From a virus: a stretch of 35,015 nt of DNA. Under the pieces are notes generated by a model. That model did not search any database. It was not told the origin of the DNA and saw only the letters and a list, made by a program, of their open reading frames with translations. The stretch lies in UHGV virus genome UHGV-0006788; one strand, 5' to 3'. The position numbers and the translations under genes are program-made. Below, piece by piece: positions 28,048 through 35,015 of this stretch (positions are counted from its first letter, which is position 1; every line of letters starts with the position of its first letter).

Positions 28048-28253
28048 AAAATTTTACGCATTTTACATATTTTTATTTAAGACTCTAGAGAGTTAGGAAT
28101 GATGAATCGCTTCAACAGATTATTTTTTGTGCAGATAGTGTGCTTAAACCAACTCATCGTAACGAAAGCACTCGCCTGAATCGTAAAGATAACATCTCAT
28201 GACTCGATTCATAGGCTAATAGTATTATGTAATGGTCGTTAATGGAGCGCGCA

Positions 28254-28272
28254 GTGCTTTCCCCGCCTCGCC
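28254..28272 (-). other. cos site (19-nt cohesive-end sequence of P2-like phages)
   Basis: gtgctttccccgcctcgcc is the reverse complement of GGCGAGGCGGGGAAAGCAC, the P2/P4 cohesive end as I recall it; the following bases on the minus strand (TGCGCGC...) also fit the P2 left end. Confidence 0.75.
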
Positions 28273-28750
28273 CGCCCGCTTCACGGGGCGGTTTTAATGC
28301 AGTTGCATAGATACTATGGATCCGCACCAGTCCTGACCGCACGCAGCCTGAACGGACATCCCCAACGCATGCAAAAACATTCACTTGTTGCATGCATAGC
28401 TTTTTAAGTACGCCATACCGCAACTGTACATTTTTAAGCAATTGGCAACTTTAAAAAATTTACATTGCTTTCAAGACCTTATCATCCGTAGTCTCTGTTT
28501 TTTACTTTGAGCTACATCAATAAAATCTCAAACATGTTTAATGCAAAGCCCTTGTTACACAACATAGAATGTATGTCTAGAAACAACGACATACTATATG
28601 TTGTGTTTTTCCGGCTCTCTGTTCGGTGATATGCCAAATCACTTTGCGTTTAAACAGAGCATTATTTCAGGGCAAGACTTCGCTCAAAAGTCATTCCACC
28701 TAAGAAGCGCATATACCGGTGGAAGTTGCCCTCTACTTACAGGAGGCAAT

Positions 28751-28864
28751 ATGAAGAAATGCTATTACTGCATTCTCGTTCTGGCCCTCTTTGGCTATCC
28801 AAACGGTAGTCCGAGTGGTTTGTCAGTAAACGTCAGTAATATCAATGTCAGCATTATGCTTTAA
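28751..28864 (+). CDS. Possible small hydrophobic peptide (37 aa), speculative
   Basis: ATG preceded by a strong AGGAGG Shine-Dalgarno at the right spacing; product MKKCYYCILVLALFGYPNGSPSGLSVNVSNINVSIML; followed directly by a strong intrinsic terminator. Confidence 0.3.
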   Translation: MKKCYYCILVLALFGYPNGSPSGLSVNVSNINVSIML

Positions 28865-28873
28865 TATGCTTGA

Positions 28874-28907
28874 AACAAAAAAACCACCTGCCAGGGTGGT
28901 TTTTTTG
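28874..28907. terminator. Bidirectional intrinsic terminator
   Basis: aaaaaaaccacctgccagggtggttttttt: GC-containing stem flanked by an A-run and a T-run, so it can terminate on either strand (small ORF on plus, A operon on minus). Confidence 0.7.
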
Positions 28908-29166
28908 CGCCCATCATCAATACGATGAAAGACTGACAAGACTTCGCTCAAGACGAATTATGCGTCGACATAAGGTTCCCCGCAATGATTTTATTAGACT
29001 AAATGGATGGCCTTTTATGACCCGGATCAAACGGCTGTCCTTACCTACATGCTAGTCACTCAATAGCATTTAGCCTTCTAATTCAGCATGCTATTGACCT
29101 TCTGCTGCCCCATAACTGCTCCGCATAAGCCATTCAATGCCATATCAAATCACGTTGTGTTTTTAC

Positions 29167-31443
29167 TCAAATGGGTAACGAGAACCCCGGCCACTCATCA
29201 GCAACCGGATACGTGAATTTTTTCCCGTCATAATTTACGGTCGCGCCACGCGCCAGCGCCTCAAGCTCCCATCGTTGCGGCCTGATACCGTTCTGAGCGA
29301 GGTCAACGCGGATACGGGTAATTTGCAATCGTTCAGACCTGGTCAGTCTGGCAGATGGTGCAATTTCATGCGGTTTTAACGGGATTCCGTTTCTTTGCTG
29401 ACGGTTTGGTGTTCTCAGGTCGTGTTTTAATGCGCCCCTGAGCGCCCTCACGACCTCCGTGTCATTCCATTCGATAACACCGTCATCAACCAGATTAAGC
29501 ACTGCTGCGGCGTGTTCAGAAGGTGTGGGAGCCGGTAACGAAGTATCACCACCGGTGAGCTTTCCACAGTTATTGACAGGACTCCGAGGCGCGGCGATGC
29601 CGCTTTTTAAAGTCAAAGGCTCAACGACCGGAACTTTCGGCACAATGCGCCAGTCCGTCGTTCTGGTGATATGAATATGACGCGCGCCGAGATGCGGCGC
29701 GTAAATGCCGACCACTCTCTCGACTTCTTCCTCGTACTCGTTAACTTCATCCGACGGGCTACGGGCGACTCTGACAGTCTGACAATCGCGCGGGACATTT
29801 GCCCCACCCTGCGCGCTGATATACAACGCAAAATCACCACTGTCTGCGGCGGCGCGTGCAGCCTCGACGCGCTCGTCAAACTCATCAGCAATGCTGACGC
29901 CGCGCGGCAATTTGCGTAGTTCACGGTAAGCCCCCATTGTCGGCAGGCCAACCGTTTTAAATTGCGGGATGCGCCACGTTGACGCCCATGCGGTAACAGC
30001 CGCTGCAGTGTCTTTCAGCGGCCTGCCGGTGTCGTTATCGAGCTGACCATCCAGTGCATAGCCGTCGATGTTTTTTGAAATGTATTTCGCGATATATCCC
30101 GCAGCACCGCCCCGGTTAAGGTGTTTTGCCTGAAAACGGTTTCGCGCGGCTCCTCTTTCGTCGCCATCCTCTTTGAGCGCATAGCGACGCATGATTTCGA
30201 TAATCTGGTTACGCTGGCGTGGATTACAAAAAAGCATCATATGCCAGTGCGGCGTTCCGTCGTGGTGTGGCTCGACGACACGCAAACCGTAGACCTGTAA
30301 ATCATTATCCTTGAATGCCGTGCGCATCAGGCTCCAGATACGGCAGAGATAACGCTGCGCATCCTTTGGATTAAATGCCTCATCATTCCAGCCGTGATTA
30401 AGCTGGACGGTTTTATTTTCGCCTTTTCCGACCTGACGTGTCGGGTGATACTTTGACGGCGCGGTAAGCGTGATAAACATCCCCACATCACCCTCTGCGG
30501 CGGCGTAACGCTCAATACCGGCAATGGTGTTCATCAGCTCCATCCGGCGAATTTCAGGATTAGAAATACTGCCCATCACCTTACTGATAAGGTCGATGCG
30601 CTCGCCGGTTTCCCTGTTTTCAAGGTCACACGATTTAAGAAATTCCAGATTTGCCTGGCGGCGCGCACGCACATCACGAATGGCATGTTTACTGGCATAA
30701 GGTGAACGGTCTTTATTGACCTCCCCGACAGCAATCAGTAACGCCTCATGCCAGCGCATACGCTGGCCTTTAAGCTGACTAATCCACCACTCATCGTTAA
30801 ACAGGCGGGCAATGGCAGAATATGCCTGCCTCGTGGTCATCTGCCCTTTACGGTATTTTCTCCAGTAAAGCGGGGAAATATTGAAAGCACGTGCAGCGCC
30901 AGCAACATGACCATACAGGTGAGCCTGCGCCTCATCCGTAAACAGCGATTCTTTTTCGCCATGCGCATCCACCCAGGCATCGCAGAGTTCCTCATACATC
31001 ATGAAAAGCTGCGATGAGATTCGGGCGGCAAACTTTTTCAGCTCCTTGTCATTCATCCCCGGCAGGCGCGCATACTGGTCGCGCTCTGCCAGAAACAGCA
31101 ACGACGCGTCGGTGTTCATTTCATGGCGCTGATTCACGCGCTCAATGCGCGGCCATAAACGACGCTGAAAAGTGGATGTGAGGAAATAAAACCCGTGCAC
31201 CGGGCTTTTATTGCGCCGGATGTAGTCATAGCGTGAAGTAAACAGCGAGCGCAAAAAGTAAGGCAGGCGGTTAATCGTGGATAAAACACCTTGCACCTGA
31301 CGCATCTCGTCACGTGTAAGGGGTCTTTCGCGCCCGACGGCCTCGCGTGGCGCGTTCCATGCATAAGCACCGGTAAACGTCTTACCGGTGCCTGCGGCAA
31401 ATGCTGACGGAGGGACAAAACGCCCGGAGGCTTTAACGGCCAT
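29167..31443 (-). CDS. A: Replication initiation protein A (rolling-circle nickase, P2 gpA family)
   Basis: Product MAVKASGRFVPPSAFAAGTGK... of about 758 aa; P2 gpA is about 761 aa. The track ORF is extended 14 codons upstream; the exact start is uncertain. Confidence 0.85.
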   Translation of the reverse strand: MAVKASGRFVPPSAFAAGTGKTFTGAYAWNAPREAVGRERPLTRDEMRQVQGVLSTINRLPYFLRSLFTSRYDYIRRNKSPVHGFYFLTSTFQRRLWPRIERVNQRHEMNTDASLLFLAERDQYARLPGMNDKELKKFAARISSQLFMMYEELCDAWVDAHGEKESLFTDEAQAHLYGHVAGAARAFNISPLYWRKYRKGQMTTRQAYSAIARLFNDEWWISQLKGQRMRWHEALLIAVGEVNKDRSPYASKHAIRDVRARRQANLEFLKSCDLENRETGERIDLISKVMGSISNPEIRRMELMNTIAGIERYAAAEGDVGMFITLTAPSKYHPTRQVGKGENKTVQLNHGWNDEAFNPKDAQRYLCRIWSLMRTAFKDNDLQVYGLRVVEPHHDGTPHWHMMLFCNPRQRNQIIEIMRRYALKEDGDERGAARNRFQAKHLNRGGAAGYIAKYISKNIDGYALDGQLDNDTGRPLKDTAAAVTAWASTWRIPQFKTVGLPTMGAYRELRKLPRGVSIADEFDERVEAARAAADSGDFALYISAQGGANVPRDCQTVRVARSPSDEVNEYEEEVERVVGIYAPHLGARHIHITRTTDWRIVPKVPVVEPLTLKSGIAAPRSPVNNCGKLTGGDTSLPAPTPSEHAAAVLNLVDDGVIEWNDTEVVRALRGALKHDLRTPNRQQRNGIPLKPHEIAPSARLTRSERLQITRIRVDLAQNGIRPQRWELEALARGATVNYDGKKFTYPVADEWPGFSLPI

Positions 31444-31708
31444 ATGAGCCAAAAGCCTCTGAACAACGCTTGCTGAGTTGCTCAACCTGCGCGTTTAAAT
31501 CAGCAAAAGACTTTGCGCTTCCGGTCAGAATATCGTGATGCATCAGGCCGGAAACGAGCTGGCTTAATTTCGGGTAATAACCAACCACCGCCAGCCATTC
31601 CTGACCGGCGTTTTTACCGCTTTCAGCTCTCTTTTTCTCGTGGAGAATAAACTGAAAGCTGTCACTGGTAACGACATAACGTTCGCCAATTTCAATACGA
31701 ATACTCAT
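31433..31708 (-). CDS. Small early-operon protein (P2 orf83-like), function unknown
   Basis: 91-aa ORF immediately upstream of and slightly overlapping A, in the position of the small early ORFs of P2. Confidence 0.6.
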   Translation of the reverse strand: MSIRIEIGERYVVTSDSFQFILHEKKRAESGKNAGQEWLAVVGYYPKLSQLVSGLMHHDILTGSAKSFADLNAQVEQLSKRCSEAFGSYGR

Positions 31709-31929
31709 GCCGTTCTCCGGTAATGTTTGTTTTTTGCTTCAAAGACTGACTGACAGGAAACACAACGCGTGGCTGACGGATAAGCCGCACGACGGGCAGC
31801 AGGTATTGGCGCATCACACTCTTCGCAAACCAGCGAAGAAACACCGCAATGTTTTACCCTTGCCGCGTTAATCTGGCGCTCCAGTAATTCAGCCTGTTGT
31901 TCCTGAATAAAATCTACGTTGTCCGGCAT
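31705..31929 (-). CDS. DksA/TraR-family C4 zinc-finger protein (P2 orf82-like)
   Basis: 74-aa ORF with the motif C..C-(17)-C..C (CEECDAPIPAARRAAYPSATRCVSC) typical of TraR/DksA-like proteins. Confidence 0.65.
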   Translation of the reverse strand: MPDNVDFIQEQQAELLERQINAARVKHCGVSSLVCEECDAPIPAARRAAYPSATRCVSCQSVFEAKNKHYRRTA

Positions 31930-32234
31930 TACCAGTTCCTTTTGTCGTTCAGTTTTTTAAATTCATCAGCGCAATAGCTGGCGATTTCTGTCGTTAATTT
32001 CGTCAGTTCATCCACGGAGGAAATTTGCTTGTGAAATACAGCGCGTTTAACAAGTAAATTGACCACATCAGACAGGAGGTTTAACTCATTCTGATAAATC
32101 GCGATAACAGATTCAGTGATGTCGCGTTTTTCTTTATCAAGACAAAGTTGAATAAGAGACAAATCGCCATTTTTCATAACGGCGATTTTTAAGGCGTTAT
32201 TCAGTAATACAACTGAATGAGAACAGGACATCAA
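31929..32234 (-). CDS. Small early-operon protein (P2 orf81-like), function unknown
   Basis: 101-aa ORF, translationally coupled to its neighbours in the cox-B-A operon. Confidence 0.55.
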   Translation of the reverse strand: MMSCSHSVVLLNNALKIAVMKNGDLSLIQLCLDKEKRDITESVIAIYQNELNLLSDVVNLLVKRAVFHKQISSVDELTKLTTEIASYCADEFKKLNDKRNW

Positions 32235-32455
32235 AGCACCTCCCCGCGAGACAATCCGATATTGTGAAATTTTTCCGACTCCTGACTGAGCAGCTCGACT
32301 ATCTCCACGCGGGATAACTCCGCCTTTGTGATGTGGCGAATCATGGCATCAAGATGAGAAGAAAAGCGCGTCGCAGCGTCGGCCTGTGCTTCGGTTCTGG
32401 CCTGTTGCAGCAGTAATGCGTATTTACCGCACTGATTTTCAGAAACTGTATGCAT
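32231..32455 (-). CDS. Small early-operon protein (P2 orf80-like), function unknown
   Basis: 74-aa ORF between B and the orf81-like gene. Confidence 0.55.
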   Translation of the reverse strand: MHTVSENQCGKYALLLQQARTEAQADAATRFSSHLDAMIRHITKAELSRVEIVELLSQESEKFHNIGLSRGEVL

Positions 32456-32518
32456 AACTTTCTCCAGGCAAAAAGAAGCCCCGCACGATTAAGTGCGTTA
32501 AAAACTCTGGTTAATTAC

Positions 32519-33019
32519 TTAATGCAGATATTGCTCTGGTTTTACCGACGTCAGAATTGTCGGTGCATACTCAAACAGGCTGAATAATTCACGTAATGCA
32601 CGGAATAAAGCATCACGCCAGTAACATGACTCTTCATTAATTCGCCAGTATGGCTGGTTAAATTCTTTTTCAGTCAATCCGGCATGCATAAATAAAGTAC
32701 GACGCTGACTGACTGTTAAAAAACTAATATATGCATACTCACTTGCACCGACCTGACGACGTTTTGAGAATGCCCCACGCAATTCATCAATTGCACATAC
32801 CAGTCGTTCACGTTCGACGTCGTTCATTTCTTCAAAACGCATCGTTGCGTGACGCTGTTTTAACTGCGCATGAAAGCAAACTGTTAGCCGTTCGCGCTCC
32901 ATCATCTGATTATAATAATCACATGTATCCTGCCAGCGAGGAACGGCAAGATGCTTACCAATTATCCGGCGCATAGCTGCTGGCTGTTTTTCAACGAGAT
33001 TGAGCGTCATCACTGTCAT
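32519..33019 (-). CDS. B: Replication protein B (helicase-loader-like, P2 gpB family)
   Basis: 166-aa product MTVMTLNLVEKQPAAMRRIIGKHLAVPRWQDTCDYYNQMM...; the track ORF starts two codons upstream. Confidence 0.8.
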   Translation of the reverse strand: MTVMTLNLVEKQPAAMRRIIGKHLAVPRWQDTCDYYNQMMERERLTVCFHAQLKQRHATMRFEEMNDVERERLVCAIDELRGAFSKRRQVGASEYAYISFLTVSQRRTLFMHAGLTEKEFNQPYWRINEESCYWRDALFRALRELFSLFEYAPTILTSVKPEQYLH

Positions 33020-33210
33020 TTCCATACCCTCCGGCTTTTCAGAAAGGTCAGAGCCTTTTTTAACGGACTCTGTTTTTTGGTGCGGATAATGATTCCCTTA
33101 CGCCCCTTACCGTGGGTGATGGTGAAGTCAATCGCCCTGGGGCTTTCGTTACGCAGTAACTGAGCAATACAACGAGGCTCATTCATACGGTTCTCCTTAA
33201 CGTGGTTCAC
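33016..33210 (-). CDS. Small ORF between cox and B (P2 orf78 position), uncertain
   Basis: 64-aa ORF overlapping the cox stop; basic, no recognisable motif. The start could be the internal Met (MNEPRC...). Confidence 0.35.
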   Translation of the reverse strand: MNHVKENRMNEPRCIAQLLRNESPRAIDFTITHGKGRKGIIIRTKKQSPLKKALTFLKSRRVWK

Positions 33211-33472
33211 CGAGACCTAACCACATCAACCAGCCGTCACGAATCTCTTTAGGGCGGCTTTCATAAGCCAGTTTTAGTCCGTTATTCCATGCCGGAAGGT
33301 ATACCCAATATTCACCTGCACGACCTGAAGCTGATTGTGGATCGGTCATATCAATTACAGGCAGCTTTCCTTTATCGATCATCCGACGAACCGCTCCTGT
33401 CGATTTTCCTATTAGTTTTGCGAACTCCTGATAAGGAATCGCATCAGTCATGAGTGTTACTTGCTTGCTCAT
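33197..33472 (-). CDS. cox: Cox: excisionase and repressor of Pc
   Basis: 91-aa product MSKQVTLMTDAIPYQEFAKLIGKSTGAVRRMIDKGKLPVIDM..., the same length as P2 Cox; first gene of the early operon, divergent from C. Confidence 0.85.
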   Translation of the reverse strand: MSKQVTLMTDAIPYQEFAKLIGKSTGAVRRMIDKGKLPVIDMTDPQSASGRAGEYWVYLPAWNNGLKLAYESRPKEIRDGWLMWLGLGEPR

Positions 33473-33586
33473 GTCGTCCTCTAGCCCTCATGAATTGCGT
33501 TTAATGTCTTATAATGCCTTTTAGTGCCCACATCCAAGCACTAAACAATCTACATCTAAACTAAATACTATTGAGATCTAAACACC
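33473..33586. promoter_or_regulatory. Pe/Pc developmental switch region with putative C-repressor operator direct repeats
   Basis: Intergenic region between cox (minus) and C (plus); two copies of atctaaac at 33554..33561 and 33576..33583, spaced 22 bp apart, fit the direct-repeat operator arrangement known for P2 C repressor. Confidence 0.55.
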
Positions 33587-33886
33587 ATGTCAAACACGAT
33601 AAGCGAGAAGATAGTCTTAATGCGAAAATCAGAGTATTTGAGCAGACAACAACTTGCTGATTTAACAGGGGTTCCGTATGGCACGCTGAGTTACTATGAA
33701 AGTGGTCGTTCAACACCTCCAACAGATGTCATGATGAACATCCTGCAGACCCCACAATTCACCAAATACACTTTATGGTTCATGACCAATCAGATCGCTC
33801 CTGAGTCCGGGCAAATTGCGCCCGCTCTCGCACACTTTGGGCAAAACGAAACAACGTCGCCCCACTCCGGTCAAAAGACTGGTTAA
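33587..33886 (+). CDS. C: Immunity repressor C
   Basis: 99-aa ORF, the same length as P2 C; helix-turn-helix-like segment (LSRQQLADLTGVPYGTLSYYESGR); located upstream of int. Confidence 0.85.
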   Translation: MSNTISEKIVLMRKSEYLSRQQLADLTGVPYGTLSYYESGRSTPPTDVMMNILQTPQFTKYTLWFMTNQIAPESGQIAPALAHFGQNETTSPHSGQKTG

Positions 33887-34001
33887 CAATTCATCGTGAA
33901 TATATTCATCACAAGTGCCTACTATTGGTGGCTAAATTTCAGCCACCACGAAAAAAGCGATTAGTAGTCGCAAAAAAACACACCACTCGGAGGGTTTTCT
34001 G

Positions 34002-35015
34002 ATGGCAATCAAAAAACTCGATGATGGTCGATATGAAGTGGACATCCGCCCTACTGGACGTAATGGAAAACGCATCCGTAGGAAGTTTGATAAGAAAAGC
34101 GAAGCTGTCGCTTTCGAGAAATACACGTTGTACAACCACCACAATAAAGAATGGCTATCAAAACCAACAGACAAGCGACGTCTGTCGGAGCTGACACAGA
34201 TCTGGTGGGATTTAAAGGGTAAACACGAAGAGCATGGGAAATCTAATCTTGGAAAAATTGAAATCTTCACAAAAATAACGAATGACCCATGCGCATTTCA
34301 AATTACGAAATCGCTTATCAGCCAGTACTGCGCCACCCGAAGAAGTCAGGGTATTAAACCTTCGAGTATCAATCGTGATTTAACATGTATTAGCGGCATG
34401 TTTACAGCCCTGATTGAAGCGGAGTTATTCTTTGGTGAGCACCCTATCAGAGGGACAAAAAGGCTTAAGGAGGAAAAACCAGACACAGGCTATCTCACGC
34501 AGGAAGAAATTGCCTTACTGCTTGCTGCTCTTGACGGCGACAACAAAAAGATTGCGATTCTTTGCCTGAGTACTGGAGCACGTTGGGGAGAAGCAGCTCG
34601 TTTGAAAGCAGAAAATATCATCCATAACCGCGTCACGTTTGTTAAAACGAAAACAAACAAACCACGCACCGTCCCGATCTCAGAGGCTGTTGCCAAAATG
34701 ATCGCGGATAACAAACGAGGTTTTTTATTCCCTGATGCTGATTACCCTCGCTTCAGACGAACAATGAAAGCAATAAAACCGGATTTGCCAATGGGGCAAG
34801 CCACACATGCACTAAGGCACAGCTTTGCCACTCATTTCATGATTAATGGAGGAAGTATTATCACGCTACAACGGATACTAGGTCACACGCGGATTGAGCA
34901 AACTATGGTTTACGCTCATTTTGCGCCAGAGTACCTTCAGGACGCCATTTCTCTTAATCCGCTAAGAGGTGGTACTGAGGCCGAGAGTGTCCACACAGTG
35001 TCCACAGTAGAGTAA
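34002..35015 (+). CDS. int: Tyrosine integrase (P2 Int family)
   Basis: 337-aa ORF, the same length as P2 Int; C-terminal catalytic motifs of tyrosine recombinases (R...HxxR...Y: ATHALRHSFATHFM ... LGHTRIEQTMVYAHF). The stop codon coincides with the last bases of the window. Confidence 0.9.
   Translation: MAIKKLDDGRYEVDIRPTGRNGKRIRRKFDKKSEAVAFEKYTLYNHHNKEWLSKPTDKRRLSELTQIWWDLKGKHEEHGKSNLGKIEIFTKITNDPCAFQITKSLISQYCATRRSQGIKPSSINRDLTCISGMFTALIEAELFFGEHPIRGTKRLKEEKPDTGYLTQEEIALLLAALDGDNKKIAILCLSTGARWGEAARLKAENIIHNRVTFVKTKTNKPRTVPISEAVAKMIADNKRGFLFPDADYPRFRRTMKAIKPDLPMGQATHALRHSFATHFMINGGSIITLQRILGHTRIEQTMVYAHFAPEYLQDAISLNPLRGGTEAESVHTVSTVE

Noticed and set aside
28154-28441. 95-aa ORF on the minus strand
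   Set aside because: Spans the cos site and the conserved packaging region; no ribosome-binding site; unlikely to be coding.
28870-29055. 61-aa ORF on the plus strand
   Set aside because: Starts inside the terminator hairpin at 28874..28907 and has no ribosome-binding site; arginine-rich, probably a chance ORF.
1-35015. CRISPR arrays, tRNA or rRNA genes, IS elements or transposases
   Set aside because: I looked for regularly spaced short direct repeats, tRNA-like structure at the attachment junction and transposase-like ORFs and found none. The integration target is the sRNA cyaR, not a tRNA.

Overview
The window is an enterobacterial (E. coli-like) chromosomal segment: the 3' part of the host yegQ–cyaR locus followed by an almost complete P2-like (Peduovirus-type) prophage. 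The prophage-host junction is a P2-type 27-bp att core at 1696..1722, inside the 3' end of the sRNA gene cyaR; the second att copy should lie just beyond the window end, after int. From the junction the prophage reads ogr, D, U, T, E/E', FII, FI, an AT-rich cargo island, G, H, I, J, W, V, S, R, lysC/lysB/lysA, K, Y, X, L, M, N, O (all minus strand), then P and Q (plus strand), a second AT-rich cargo island, cos, A, four small early ORFs, B, cox, the Pe/Pc switch, C and int. Gene sizes match my recollection of the P2 proteome almost one-for-one, so the backbone is ordinary. What is not ordinary are the two cargo islands at the positions where P2-like phages carry exchangeable anti-phage genes: (i) between FI and G (the P2 Z/fun position), a putative GIY-YIG-like nuclease and a 511-aa membrane-anchored protein bracketed by related palindromes; (ii) between Q and cos, a tightly coupled two-gene operon (366 aa plus a 229-aa membrane protein), with the canonical tin/old genes absent on the other side of cos. 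I recognise none of the four cargo proteins as a named system; they are the candidates for an undescribed defence or abortive-infection module. All calls rest on reading the sequence and recalled family knowledge; no searches were run.
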